A DNA stretch of 64,000 nucleotides from an uncultured Chroococcidiopsis sp. (lineage in GTDB: Bacteria > Cyanobacteriota > Cyanobacteriia > Cyanobacteriales > Chroococcidiopsidaceae), in contig CAXTYC010000002.1 of NCBI GenBank assembly GCA_964248365.1, positions 166,547 through 230,546 of the forward strand, read 5' to 3'. How positions within the stretch are numbered: the first letter of the stretch is position 1; each line of letters begins with the position of its first letter. Below, one piece after another: positions 20,604-31,455 of the stretch. The notes below the pieces were generated by a model, which was not told where the DNA came from, searched no databases, and saw nothing but the letters and a program-made list of their open reading frames with translations. The position numbers were made by a program, and so were the translations under genes.

Positions 20604-21308
20604 ATGCTTATGATAAGGCTGATTACAGATTTTGATGGACCGATTATTGATGTCTCAGAACGCTACTACCAGGTTTACCAATTTTGTTTGGAAAAAAGCC
20701 GTAACCCTCATCAGCCCATAAAACAGTTAAGCAAAGCCGAATTCTGGGAATTGAAGCGATCGCGTGTTCCAGAAAAACAAATCGGTATTTTATCTGGACT
20801 TGACGAAACTCAAGCTGGGGCGTTTGCCCAACTGCGACGGCAAACTGTACATACCGAATCCTACTTTAAATATGACACCCTTGCCCCAAAAGCAGTAGCC
20901 GCCCTAGAGAAAGTACAACAAGCCGGAGTTGATTTGGCTGTAATGACGATGCGCCGAGTGCGAGAGTTAGATTATGCCTTCAATCAACACGATTTAGGTA
21001 GATTTTTTCCCAGAAATCGGTGTTATTGTCTGACCAATGACTACGTAAAAACCCGTGACGTTGATGATAAACCTTTGTTAATGGAAAAAGCTTTAGTCGA
21101 ACTTCCTCCCGCTAGTGATACTTGGATGTGCGGGGATACAGAAGCAGATATCATTACCGCCAAAAATCATGGCGTGAAGGTGATGGCGGTGTTATCCGGG
21201 ATTCGCAATCGCAATTCTCTCGAACATTACCAACCAGACTTGATTGTTAAAGATTTGAGCGAGGCAGTAGATGTAGTTCTCAACTCCTCGCTTGCTCAAA
21301 TAAATTAG
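20604..21308 (+). CDS. HAD family hydrolase
   Basis: TDFDGPIID motif I, GDTEAD motif IV. Confidence 0.9.
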   Translation: MLMIRLITDFDGPIIDVSERYYQVYQFCLEKSRNPHQPIKQLSKAEFWELKRSRVPEKQIGILSGLDETQAGAFAQLRRQTVHTESYFKYDTLAPKAVAALEKVQQAGVDLAVMTMRRVRELDYAFNQHDLGRFFPRNRCYCLTNDYVKTRDVDDKPLLMEKALVELPPASDTWMCGDTEADIITAKNHGVKVMAVLSGIRNRNSLEHYQPDLIVKDLSEAVDVVLNSSLAQIN

Positions 21309-21321
21309 GCGATCGCCAGCC

Positions 21322-21948
21322 TCAACGCAAAAAGCTAGTAATTATCCACAACAGAATAAACGTAAACACAGTAGAAAATTGCTCAACCGTCAAATGGATG
21401 CTTGCTATTTGCGGTTGCAGCAAGCTACCCAATAGCCCACCACCAATTAAGCCTGTAATCAGGCTCACAGCAGTCAGCAGGACGGCACGACCAAATTTTT
21501 GCTCTTTGCGATTGAGAAAATAAAGACTAAATCCGACTCCTACCACCAATACTAATTGCAAAATCTGAGTTCCCCCACCTGTATAAAATACACTTATACA
21601 ACTCAGAGCTAAAAATAAAATTCCAGACAACAGAATTTCTGTTGAACTTGGGGTATCTCGCAACTCCTGAAGCCATGAAGGAGATTGTTGTGCTGGGGGG
21701 GGACTTGCTTTTGGAGGCGATAAAGCAATATTCTCTGCAAACCGGATACCTTCTGGCACTTTAATCTTTCCTTCTTGGCGTAACCGCAGACGCTCCATTA
21801 GTATGGCATCGTAAGCTGCTTCTACAGCTTCTAAAAGCTGCGGATCATCGCTGCACTGCTTTACTAGTCGAGTGCGAGCCTCCTGAATTTCATCAAATGT
21901 CGCTTCTTCTGTTAACCCAAGCTTGTCGTAGGGACTTTGCTCGCTCAT
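21322..21948 (-). CDS. CPP1-like (J-like domain, DUF3353) membrane protein
   Basis: PYDKLGL..ATFDEIQ, EAAYDAILMERL..RQEGKIKVP; C-terminal TM helices. Confidence 0.85.
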   Translation of the reverse strand: MSEQSPYDKLGLTEEATFDEIQEARTRLVKQCSDDPQLLEAVEAAYDAILMERLRLRQEGKIKVPEGIRFAENIALSPPKASPPPAQQSPSWLQELRDTPSSTEILLSGILFLALSCISVFYTGGGTQILQLVLVVGVGFSLYFLNRKEQKFGRAVLLTAVSLITGLIGGGLLGSLLQPQIASIHLTVEQFSTVFTFILLWIITSFLR

Positions 21949-22723
21949 GTGATTTTATCGCCTCAGCCTCAGTCAGGGGCAGCCTGTAGAGGAAAATGAC
22001 AACAATCTTTTGGTGTTTGTTTGTATAAAAGACCTGCGACGCAACCCGCTTGGATTTGTAAAATCTTCCATGATGGCTGCCTTTGTGTCCTTTGTCATTT
22101 GGACTTTGTTAAGAACTAATGACAAATAACGACATTCAAAGCAGTATTTCATGACTCTTATGGGATTGCGATCTTGACAAGTCTATTCCTAATAGCATAT
22201 CACCTATTGGTTTCATCTACTGGTAATGACTTCCAATAGTTACCTTAATTAATATGATAGTAACAGATCGATATGTGTATTGAGGGTAATTGATTGGAGC
22301 TTTGGGTTACTTAAGGACTAACAGAGCCGGACACCCAGCGCTTCAGTTAAAACGCTCAAATTTGATGTATTAAAAAACACAGCTATTCAAATACTACCCT
22401 TGTGCGATCGCATTTTCCAGGTTAGGAAAAATGTTTCTAAAAAAGCAACGCTTGTTAGATAATTACCTGAGAAGCTAATCATTCTGCTTAAAAATACACG
22501 AATCTAGGCGAACTCAAACTTTTACAACAGCTATAGTATCGTTCTACACTAGCTCTACAATTCCAATCAGGATGGGATTAAAGTATATTGAACTACAAAT
22601 TTTTACCTAATAGTTGGCATTCCGAAAATATCGATTAATAATTGTCATAGTGTTGTAGCTCCGGTTCTAACGCTGCTAAGTTGCCCCTTTGGCTGTTTAT
22701 ACTCCTCTTTTTCGTGCAAAGTA

Positions 22724-23443
22724 ATGCATATGGCTCACGCCAAGATTCTAGTCGTTGATGATGATCCATCAATCCGAAACTTAATCCAACGCTTTTTGAG
22801 CAAGCAGAATTACCAGGTGGAGTCTGCCGAAGATGGTAAGACTGCTCTAGCTGTGTTTGAGCAATTTAACCCAGATTTAGTGATTCTGGATGTAAACTTA
22901 CCAGACACAATCGGTTATAACCTCTGCCAAGAGATGCAAAACCGCACCAAAGTTTTTGTTCTGATGTTGACTAGTCGAGCAGATGAAGCGGACAAAATTC
23001 GAGGCTTTTCGCAGGGTGCAGATGACTATCTCACTAAGCCGTTTAGTCTAGGGGAGTTGGAAGTTCGAGTAGGAGCAATTCTAAAGCGCCAGCGAGTTGT
23101 GACTACAGCAGAAAAGCAACGTCTGGTTTTTGAGAAGCTCGTGATCGATCCAGAGCGGCGGGAAGTAACAATCGACAACCAGCTTATACCCTTAACTGCG
23201 CTTGAATTTGACCTATTGCGTTTCTTAGCCAGCCATCCAGGTCGAGTGTGGCGGCGCTCGGAGTTAATTCAAGAGGTCTGGGACTACGAATATGTGGGAG
23301 ATCAAAGAGTTGTCGATGTCCATATTGGTCAAATTCGCAAGAAAATTGAAATTGATGCAGCTCAGCCAATCTTAATTCAAACAGTGCGCGGTGTTGGTTA
23401 CAAGTTTGAAGCTCCCAATAAAGCTAACAAAAATCAGCACTAA
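22724..23443 (+). CDS. OmpR-family response regulator
   Basis: REC (VVDDD, ILDVNLPD, KPF) plus wHTH (LTALEFDLL, VDVHI, TVRGVGY). Confidence 0.95.
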   Translation: MHMAHAKILVVDDDPSIRNLIQRFLSKQNYQVESAEDGKTALAVFEQFNPDLVILDVNLPDTIGYNLCQEMQNRTKVFVLMLTSRADEADKIRGFSQGADDYLTKPFSLGELEVRVGAILKRQRVVTTAEKQRLVFEKLVIDPERREVTIDNQLIPLTALEFDLLRFLASHPGRVWRRSELIQEVWDYEYVGDQRVVDVHIGQIRKKIEIDAAQPILIQTVRGVGYKFEAPNKANKNQH

Positions 23444-23878
23444 GAAATTGATGAAGTATGAAGTATAAAGGATGAAGTATGAAATGTGAAGTTAGAAGTG
23501 TGTAAGCGTTGCGGCGCGATCTTCGCAGTGTGAAGTGTGAAGTTAGAAGGAGTCAGGAGTCACAAGTCAGAATTAATGATTCTCCCCCTCTCCCCTTTTG
23601 CCTCGGTCGCCCCTCTGCTTTTCCCTTTCCCCTTTCCCCTTTATCCTTCATCCTTCTAGAAGACCCAAGCTTGCTTATAACTGATAATTTTGCTGTCTAT
23701 TGTTTGTCTAATAGACGTATTGCATGAATTCAAACGGTTATAGGTAGCTCAGGGTTTAATTAAAATATTTATTGTCAACGCAAGTTTTTTGGTGAACCCT
23801 TGCTACGCGCACACTTCGTGCAAGAGGTCTAATGTCTATGACTCAACTAAACGTCGCTGCGTTCGTCATAGCCACACT

Positions 23879-24076
23879 TTATGAGTGGTAAAAGAGAGTT
23901 TCTAGGTATACACGAGCGGCACGGCGATCAGTGTTGCCATTTTGCAGTAAAAACAGTGATAGCGCTGCTGTGAATACTCGATCTTGATCCCAGTCGGGAT
24001 GGGTTTCTAAGTACCATTTGAGCGATTCGTGCAATTGTTCGGGAATCTCGGTCAGTATACTAACGGTGGCGTTCAT
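23879..24076 (-). CDS. DUF2811 family small protein
   Basis: EIPEQLH...HPDWDQDRVFTAALSLFLLQNG pattern; GAGG RBS. Confidence 0.85.
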   Translation of the reverse strand: MNATVSILTEIPEQLHESLKWYLETHPDWDQDRVFTAALSLFLLQNGNTDRRAARVYLETLFYHS

Positions 24077-24414
24077 TGGATACCTCTTTTAGAACAGGTA
24101 ATTTTTACAAGGCAAGCTTTTTTCCACAAAAGCGAAAAACCCAGGGTTTACAACCATAGCAACCCCAATCCAGCGGTAAAAGCATTACCTCTTTCCCTAC
24201 TACCGATAACGGTTGCACAAACTGCAAAGGGATGTCGCATCATTGTGCAGCAAGTTTCACTACCCCGTCAATGCTGCGAAATGTTACAACTGCTTTGATG
24301 AAAAAAAAATGCTGACGATAAAATAAGCCTTTTAGCCGATTATGTGTTACTTTCCTTAACAATATCTGCCTTGTTCTGGGTGCTTTAACTGTATAGTCAG
24401 AAATTCACAGTTAT

Positions 24415-24516
24415 TGTGGTAAACCCAAACTTGCCGTTACAGCTTGTGGAAAACTTTGACAGGTGCTGTGGAAAAAATTCGATCACTTGTGGAAACAGTG
24501 GGGAATCTGTGGGGAA
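24415..24516. promoter_or_regulatory. Cluster of DnaA-box-like nonamers (TGTGGAAAA, reverse complement TTTTCCACA)
   Basis: Perfect at 24445 and 24467, 1 mismatch at 24415 and 24488, 2 mismatches at 24508; opposite-orientation perfect copy at 24120. Confidence 0.6.
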
Positions 24517-24748
24517 AAATTGGGATAAAAATAAGAATTGCAAACTAGGGGTGAGAGGAACCAGAGGCGAGAGGAACTAGAGGCGAGAGGAACTAGAGGC
24601 TACAGGCTACAGGCGAGAGGAACTAGAGAAAGGTGAATTCTCCCCTTGTCCCCTTGTCCCTTTGTCCCCTTGTCCTCCCCTAGCCCCTAGCCCCCAGTCC
24701 CTAGCCCCTAGTAATATGCTAGATTAGGCAATCACATTCAAAGGTCTA

Positions 24749-25732
24749 ATGGCAGAAACACTATTTTTTAACGCCCTGCGCGAAGCCATTGATGAAGAAA
24801 TGGCGCGTGACTCAACTGTATTCGTTCTTGGGGAAGACGTTGGTCACTACGGCGGCTCGTATAAAGTTACAAAAGATTTATATAAAAAATATGGCGAACT
24901 GCGGGTGCTTGACACTCCAATAGCTGAAAACAGCTTTACTGGTATGGCAGTGGGAGCAGCAATGACTGGCTTAAAACCAATCATTGAAGGCATGAACATG
25001 GGCTTTTTGCTCCTTGCCTTTAACCAAATCTCCAACAACGCAGGAATGTTGCGCTATACCTCCGGCGGTAACTTCAAAATTCCGATGGTAATTCGGGGTC
25101 CTGGCGGTGTAGGACGACAGCTAGGTGCAGAACACTCTCAGCGACTAGAGGCTTATTTTCAAGCAGTTCCTGGGCTAAAAATTGTCGCTTGTTCCACCCC
25201 TTATAATGCCAAGGGTTTGCTTAAATCCGCCATTCGTGACGAAAATCCCGTCTTGTTCTTTGAACACGTTCTTTTATACAACCTGAAAGAAGATCTGCCA
25301 GAGGAAGAATATACGCTACCGCTCGATCGCGCCGAAGTCGTGCGAAAAGGCGAAGATGTGACTATCCTGACCTACTCGCGGATGCGTCATCATGTGCTTC
25401 AAGCAATCAAGACGCTGGAAAAAGAAGGTTTTGACCCAGAAGTTATTGACTTGATTTCTTTAAAACCGCTTGATTTTGACACCATCGGGGAATCGGTGCG
25501 GAAAACTCATCGAGTGATTATCGTTGAGGAGTGTATGAAAACTGGAGGTATTGGAGCAGAATTGATTGCTTCGATTAACGATCGCTTGTTTGACGAATTA
25601 GATGCTCCGGTTTTGCGGTTGTCTTCCCAAGATATTCCCACCCCCTACAATGGCGCTTTGGAAAGACTGACTATTGTACAACCAGAGCAAATTGTCGAAG
25701 CAGTGCAAAAGATGGTAGCACTACAAGTATAG
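24749..25732 (+). CDS. pdhB: Pyruvate dehydrogenase E1 beta subunit
   Basis: [21 protein letters not shown] motifs. Confidence 0.97.
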   Translation: MAETLFFNALREAIDEEMARDSTVFVLGEDVGHYGGSYKVTKDLYKKYGELRVLDTPIAENSFTGMAVGAAMTGLKPIIEGMNMGFLLLAFNQISNNAGMLRYTSGGNFKIPMVIRGPGGVGRQLGAEHSQRLEAYFQAVPGLKIVACSTPYNAKGLLKSAIRDENPVLFFEHVLLYNLKEDLPEEEYTLPLDRAEVVRKGEDVTILTYSRMRHHVLQAIKTLEKEGFDPEVIDLISLKPLDFDTIGESVRKTHRVIIVEECMKTGGIGAELIASINDRLFDELDAPVLRLSSQDIPTPYNGALERLTIVQPEQIVEAVQKMVALQV

Positions 25733-25948
25733 TGGAACCAGTGGAACCAGTGGCTAGAAAAGAGCAGGGCGAGCTGAAGACCGCCCTGGAAGTTGAGGGA
25801 TCTCAATACCGCCTAGGAAGCCCAGGGAGAATTCCCCATCCAAAGTCACGCCACTTTGCTTGTTTCGGGAAACCCGCGATTGCTTGTGGCTCCAAAATCT
25901 ATGCCTCCAAAATCCCACTGGTTCCACTGGTTCCACTGGTTCCACTAG
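25731..25948. repeat. Inverted 9-mer arrays (AGTGGAACC)n...(GGTTCCACT)n enclosing dispersed-repeat modules
   Basis: Seen directly; the same 9-mer occurs at ~30415, ~43555-43592 and ~46669. Confidence 0.75.
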
Positions 25949-25989
25949 AAAAAAGGGTTATTATAGCATTTGTTGCAGCAAAATCTGGT

Positions 25990-27411
25990 ATGCAAAAACA
26001 GCGATCGCTATTGGCTTTGATCATCGTTCTTGTCATCGCAGCTATTGTGGTGATTGTCCAATTTCCAGTTGCTCTGGGATTAGACCTCCAGGGAGGCTCT
26101 CAGCTAACTATTCAGGTGAAACCTACCCAAGAAATTAAACAAATCACCGAGAAAGAGTTAGAAGCGGTTAAAACTGTAGTTGAAAATCGGGTGAATGGTT
26201 TGGGAGTGTCTGAACCAGTGATCCAGACAGTAGGACAAGACCAAATTCTTGTCCAACTACCAGGAGTGAACGACCCAGCACAAGCAGAAAGAGTACTAGG
26301 GGGAGTGGCACAACTGGACTTTCGCCGCGAGAGTGCAGATGCAAAAGCATTCCTGAATGTGAGAGAGCAAGAACTCAATCAATTACTGAGCAAGCAGTCC
26401 ACGTTGGATCAGAAGAAAGATACAGAAGCGATCGCTGCTAACAAAGCTGCTCTTGAGGCGAAACAAAAAGAAATTGTCCAATTGTCCCAAAACCTGTTCG
26501 AGAAGACTGGTTTAACTGGCAAAAGTCTTAAGTATGCCGATGCTCGACCCTCCCAGTATGGTAATGCTTGGAGTGTGGGGATTGAGTTTGATGCTAGGGG
26601 AGGTGAATTATTCGCTCAGCTAACTAAAGACTTGGCAGGGACAGGACGTAGACTAGGCATTTTTCTAGACAATAAACTAATCAGTGCGCCTGTCGTTGGA
26701 CAAGAATTTGCCTCCACTGGCATCACTGGCGGTAAAGCCGAGATTACAGGCAACTTCAATGCTCAATCCGCAACCGACCTAGCCCTACAATTGCGTGGTG
26801 GCTCTTTACCTGTACCAGTAGAAATTGTCGAAAACCGGACGGTGGGGGCGACCTTGGGACGAGACAGTATCCAACGCAGCATCTATGCTGGGGTTGGGGG
26901 TTTGGCTTTCGTACTGATTTTTATGGTCGTCTACTATCGTCTACCAGGACTGATTGCTGATGTGGCTTTAGTTATCTATTCCCTACTCACATGGGCGGCT
27001 TTTGCCCTGTTGGGCGTTACCTTAACTCTTCCAGGCATTGCTGGATTTATTCTAAGTATTGGGATGGCTGTAGACGCGAATGTACTGATTTTTGAGCGGA
27101 CACGGGAAGAATTACGAGCGGGGAAATCTCTGTATCGCTCGGTTGAATCTGGTTTTTACCGTGCCTTTTCGAGTATTTTAGATAGCAACGTCACGACATG
27201 GATTGCTTGTGCTGCCCTATTCTGGCTAGGTTCTGGTTTGGTGAAAGGCTTTGCTCTGACTTTGGCTTTGGGGGTGGCGGTGAGTATGTTTACAGCAATT
27301 ACCTGTAGTCGGACGTTCTTGTTTTTGGCGATCGCATTACCAGCTATCCGCAAACCAGAACTATTTTGTCCAAACCTGCCAGCATCGAGAAAGACACAGG
27401 GCGCAGTATGA
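25990..27411 (+). CDS. secD: Protein translocase subunit SecD
   Basis: [34 protein letters not shown] 25990. Confidence 0.97.
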   Translation: MQKQRSLLALIIVLVIAAIVVIVQFPVALGLDLQGGSQLTIQVKPTQEIKQITEKELEAVKTVVENRVNGLGVSEPVIQTVGQDQILVQLPGVNDPAQAERVLGGVAQLDFRRESADAKAFLNVREQELNQLLSKQSTLDQKKDTEAIAANKAALEAKQKEIVQLSQNLFEKTGLTGKSLKYADARPSQYGNAWSVGIEFDARGGELFAQLTKDLAGTGRRLGIFLDNKLISAPVVGQEFASTGITGGKAEITGNFNAQSATDLALQLRGGSLPVPVEIVENRTVGATLGRDSIQRSIYAGVGGLAFVLIFMVVYYRLPGLIADVALVIYSLLTWAAFALLGVTLTLPGIAGFILSIGMAVDANVLIFERTREELRAGKSLYRSVESGFYRAFSSILDSNVTTWIACAALFWLGSGLVKGFALTLALGVAVSMFTAITCSRTFLFLAIALPAIRKPELFCPNLPASRKTQGAV

Positions 27412-28364
27412 AATTTAGTGTAAACAAACAGCGATCGCTTTGGTGGGCAGCTTCTATTGCCATCATCCTGGCTGGTTTGATTGCAATGGTAATATCTTGG
27501 CAATCTATTGGTACACCCCTACGCCCCAGTTTGGATTTTATCGGTGGGACACGTTTGCAATTTGAACGGGATTGTACTAAACCTGGTAACTGTGATAAAC
27601 CGATTGATATCACAGCAGTTCGAGAAGTAGCTAGAACCGAGGGGCTGGGTGATAGCAGCATTCAAGCTGTGGGTAACAACGGTATATCAATCCGCACAAA
27701 AAACTTGAATGTTGAAGAGCGTACCAAGTTACAAAAAGCTCTAGCTGAAAAAATCGGAGACTTTGATCCCAAGAAAACCCAAATTGATACGGTAGGACCA
27801 ACAGTTGGGCAACAGTTGTTTACATCGGGAATAATAGCTTTAATCGTTTCCTTTGCTGGCATTATTATCTATCTAAGTCTGCGCTTTCAGCTGGACTATG
27901 CCGTATTTGCCATCATTGCTCTGTTTCATGATGTTTTGATTACTGTTGGCATTTTCTCAATTTTAGGTTTGGTGCAGGGCGTTGAAGTAGATAGCTTGTT
28001 TATTGTCGCCCTGTTAACGATTACAGGTTTCTCGGTTAACGATACCGTAGTGATCTACGATCGCATTCGAGAAGTGCTGAGTTTGAACCCAAATCAGCCG
28101 ATCAATAAGGTTATAGATGATGCTGTTAATCAAACCCTGGGAAGATCGATTAATACCACATTAACCGTACTGCTAACTTTATTTGCAATCTTCTTATTTG
28201 GGGGAGAAACCCTAAAAAACTTTGCCTTAGCTTTGATTATTGGCTTCACGATGGGGGCGTACTCTAGTATTTTTATTGCCAGTACTTTATTATCTTTGTG
28301 GAGAGAACGCACTGGACAATCTCAAAGTATGGCTGCGATCGCATCAGAGAGCAGCGAACAGTAA
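27408..28364 (+). CDS. secF: Protein translocase subunit SecF
   Basis: [27 protein letters not shown] overlap with secD. Confidence 0.97.
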   Translation: MKFSVNKQRSLWWAASIAIILAGLIAMVISWQSIGTPLRPSLDFIGGTRLQFERDCTKPGNCDKPIDITAVREVARTEGLGDSSIQAVGNNGISIRTKNLNVEERTKLQKALAEKIGDFDPKKTQIDTVGPTVGQQLFTSGIIALIVSFAGIIIYLSLRFQLDYAVFAIIALFHDVLITVGIFSILGLVQGVEVDSLFIVALLTITGFSVNDTVVIYDRIREVLSLNPNQPINKVIDDAVNQTLGRSINTTLTVLLTLFAIFLFGGETLKNFALALIIGFTMGAYSSIFIASTLLSLWRERTGQSQSMAAIASESSEQ

Positions 28365-28544
28365 TCAATTAGCTTTTAGCCATTAGCTATTAGCTATTAG
28401 CTTTTAGTAAGCGCTTTTAGCGAGTAGCAACTGATAGACTAATGAATATCAAAGATCACCATCTGCAAGGGAACTATGGTTCAGCGCTTGGTTAACAGCT
28501 AAGAGCTAACAGCGCACCTGCTAACTGCTAATTGATAACTGTCT

Positions 28545-28937
28545 ATGGAGCAGCCTTTGTCATCGGATGAACTTGACCCCATCTTTAAGCAGCAAGTGCA
28601 AAAACTATATCAATTAATCGTCTATGGAAGATGGTTGGTAGTAGTATTGCTCTGGCTTAGTGTTGGTTCTATAAGCTTGTGGGGTCTACGTTCAGAAATT
28701 GCTCTGTGGCTGCAATACTTCACCTGGGTAGCAGTAAGATTTGGTCTTTATTACAATCCTCTATCAACGCTTGGTCTAACTTTTTGCATCGTTATGACGA
28801 TTTCTGTCATAATTTGGCAAATTCGCAATATTCTGTTAGGACTACCGCCCCAAGAACAGCGGCGTTTAGAGCAGCAAGTTCATAAAATTCGTCAGCAAGG
28901 CGCAACTCATCCACTGTGGAGGTGGATTTGTAATTAG
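28545..28937 (+). CDS. Hypothetical membrane protein
   Basis: 130 aa, 2-3 hydrophobic segments, HPLW C-terminus. Confidence 0.75.
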   Translation: MEQPLSSDELDPIFKQQVQKLYQLIVYGRWLVVVLLWLSVGSISLWGLRSEIALWLQYFTWVAVRFGLYYNPLSTLGLTFCIVMTISVIIWQIRNILLGLPPQEQRRLEQQVHKIRQQGATHPLWRWICN

Positions 28938-29105
28938 GGGCGCTTAAGAGGGTTCCAGGGGGGGAAAATACTTCTGACTACTGACTACTGACTTCTGACT
29001 CGGAGTTGAATGTTAAGGTTTGCTCATATTAGGTAGATGCGATCGCGCTAGTATATTGCAAAATGTAAATTAAGATTGGTATAGATACTTTTTAATTGAG
29101 TACTG

Positions 29106-29582
29106 ATGGATTGTAGTCATATTCAGTTCTGTGATCGCAAATCCCAAATCGACCTCAATCAACTGCAAGCGCTGTTCCAGCTAGGAGCTTTCTGGGCGCA
29201 AGACCGCAGTGTTGAAGATTTAAGTATCGCCATTGCTAACAGTGAACCAGTAGTTAGCGTTTGGAATGGCGAGCGATTGATTGGTTTTGCTAGAGCCACA
29301 GGAGATGGTATCTACCGCGCTAACATTTGGGATGTGGTAATTCACCCAGATTATCGTGGTGCTGGACTAGGGCGCAAGTTAGTAGAAACTGTCTTGACTC
29401 ATCCCCGCATGAACCGAGTAGAGCGGGTTTACCTAATGACTACTCACCAGCAAAGCTTCTACGAACGAATTGGTTTTGAGTGCAATTCGAGTACTACGAT
29501 GGTGCTGTACAATCAGCCTTTGGCTAGTCCCCTTCCAGCGACACAGACGCAGTTTCAGGTTCAGGAATCATTAGGGGGATAG
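29106..29582 (+). CDS. GNAT N-acetyltransferase
   Basis: LIGFARA, WDVVIHPDYRGAGLG, FYERIGF; 3' end overlaps the convergent kinase by 59 bp. Confidence 0.92.
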   Translation: MDCSHIQFCDRKSQIDLNQLQALFQLGAFWAQDRSVEDLSIAIANSEPVVSVWNGERLIGFARATGDGIYRANIWDVVIHPDYRGAGLGRKLVETVLTHPRMNRVERVYLMTTHQQSFYERIGFECNSSTTMVLYNQPLASPLPATQTQFQVQESLGG

Positions 29583-30621
29583 TTAGCTGTATCCGCGTTT
29601 GCTCGTTTGTATCCGCCGCATCGGGAATAAAGACAATCTCCAGGCTACCCTGCATTAGTTCCAAAAGTGTCTGAGTCAGCAGTAGAGACATTCCAAATGA
29701 AGGAGCGGTATTTTTAAGTACTGACTGTTTAGATTGTAGGGTTTGAAGGGAATCTACTGGTTCCGACCAAATAGTAATTGGTAGGTTGACATCTAACCAA
29801 ATTTGTGCATAGTTTTGGGAAGAATTGGATTTTGCATCAGCAGCCATTGGAGGACTCGACTCGTTCCCAGGCTCAGCTTGGGAACGAGAGTAGGCGGATG
29901 TAGAACAGGTAGAAACACAGATACTGCCTTCCTCCATCTGAGTTAAGCAAGTGTCGAGTAAATTTAGTAAGGCTTGTCGTAGCCACCAAGGATCAGCTAA
30001 GACATAAATTTCTGATTCAGGCGGTGATAACTGAAGACGAATATTACGATTGGCTGCTACCAGATGAGTTGAATTATATACTTCTGCTAAGACGGCAGCT
30101 AATTGCAGCGGCTGAATTTCTAATTTGCTATTACCATGTTCTAAACGAGAAACTTCCAAAATTTGATCGATTAGGTCGATCAATTTGAGTGCAGAGGAGT
30201 TAGCCTGGGCAATAAAAGTACGCTCTTCAGCTGGGTCATCACATAAATCTGACAGAATTAACTGATGCAGACCAATTAGACTATTAAGAGGCGATCGCAA
30301 CTCATGGGAAGTCCGCGCCAAAAACCCAGCTTTAAATTTGCTCATTTGGTGTGCAAGCTGGTAGGCAATTTCTGTTTGCTTTAGTTTTTCTGTCAACTCG
30401 GACACTTCTTGAGTAGTGGAACCAGTGGGATTTTGGTCACGCAAAGACGCAAAGGCGCAAACAGACGAATTTTCTTTTGCTCCCCCAGCTCCCCCAACTC
30501 CCCCAGCTATCTCAATGGGTATTCTTTGGTTGGAAAGAGAGTTTGACCTAACAAACAACCAACGACTACCTACACCCAATCCTATCCCTATCGCTAAATA
30601 TATCCAATTACTCCAGATCAT
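29524..30621 (-). CDS. Membrane-anchored sensor histidine kinase (HisKA, degenerate HATPase)
   Basis: ARTSHELRSPL H-box, LRQALLNLLD N-box-like; G1/G2 boxes not recognisable. Confidence 0.8.
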   Translation of the reverse strand: MIWSNWIYLAIGIGLGVGSRWLFVRSNSLSNQRIPIEIAGGVGGAGGAKENSSVCAFASLRDQNPTGSTTQEVSELTEKLKQTEIAYQLAHQMSKFKAGFLARTSHELRSPLNSLIGLHQLILSDLCDDPAEERTFIAQANSSALKLIDLIDQILEVSRLEHGNSKLEIQPLQLAAVLAEVYNSTHLVAANRNIRLQLSPPESEIYVLADPWWLRQALLNLLDTCLTQMEEGSICVSTCSTSAYSRSQAEPGNESSPPMAADAKSNSSQNYAQIWLDVNLPITIWSEPVDSLQTLQSKQSVLKNTAPSFGMSLLLTQTLLELMQGSLEIVFIPDAADTNEQTRIQLTIPLMIPEPETASVSLEGD

Positions 30622-30745
30622 TATTCCCTCACACTTCACACGCACAACTCTTTACTTTGTGAGTTAACAAAGACAAAACTTGTAGTCAGGGGTGTCGAAA
30701 AAAAATACCGCTTGGGAGAACAATTAACGCCCAAAAAAAGCACCC

Positions 30746-31330
30746 CTACAGAAAAACTGCTCCTTGGCGCAAAATTTCCCAATTACTACCCGTCCATTTA
30801 GCTACAGTGGAGGGAACGCCAATTACAGAATTTTCTCCTGCTAATTCTGGTATTTGGAGAGTGAGGACACTGGGAAACTTTGCGGCAATTTCTGCCATTG
30901 TTGTCAGAGGCGGCTGACCTGACAAATTAGCGCTCGTGGTGGCAAGTGGACCTGTTTGCGATAGGATGTTTTGGGCGATCGCACAATTTGGCACTCGTAA
31001 ACCAATTGTAGTTGGATCGGTAGGATTCATGACCAGAGGAACGCGATCGTTTGCAGGTAGCACTAGAGTCAAGGCTCCAGCCCAGTAAGAAGCCGCCACT
31101 TGCTGCCAAACTTGCCATTCTTCCTCACTTCCCATAACAAAATCCCACAGATCATCTGCGATCGCTCCCATCAAGATCAACGGTTTATTTTGACTACGTT
31201 GCTTGGTTGCAAAGAGCAAATCAGCTTTTTCTGGTAAAACTGCCAAGGCTGGTACAGTATCAGTAGGAAAGCTGACGACACAGCCAGCACGTACACCATC
31301 TACAAGGTCGAGAATTGAAACTTGAGGCAT
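30746..31330 (-). CDS. tsaC: L-threonylcarbamoyladenylate synthase (TsaC/Sua5/YrdC)
   Basis: FPTDTV, K.R...KPL, GLRVP, TTSANLSG motifs. Confidence 0.9.
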   Translation of the reverse strand: MPQVSILDLVDGVRAGCVVSFPTDTVPALAVLPEKADLLFATKQRSQNKPLILMGAIADDLWDFVMGSEEEWQVWQQVAASYWAGALTLVLPANDRVPLVMNPTDPTTIGLRVPNCAIAQNILSQTGPLATTSANLSGQPPLTTMAEIAAKFPSVLTLQIPELAGENSVIGVPSTVAKWTGSNWEILRQGAVFL

Positions 31331-31455
31331 TTTAGAATGAGGGGCTAGGGGCTAGGGGCGCTCTTGCTAGGGAGAGGACAAGGGGACAAGGAGACAATTA
31401 GTTTACCGCAATACCTCTTTATCCTTTACCCTTTCCCTAGCCTCTAGCCTCTAGC

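Noticed and set aside
22724..23443. Naming the regulator rpaA, rpaB or nblR
   Set aside because: The sequence does not match those N-termini as I recall them; left without a symbol
24120..24516. Calling the DnaA-box cluster oriC
   Set aside because: No dnaA/dnaN nearby and no skew data; kept only as a candidate DnaA-binding locus
25732..25989. N-terminal extensions of SecD (likewise HppD 19077-19265 and DUF3082 53414-53515)
   Set aside because: They are translations of intergenic repeat arrays; family-like sequence starts at downstream ATGs
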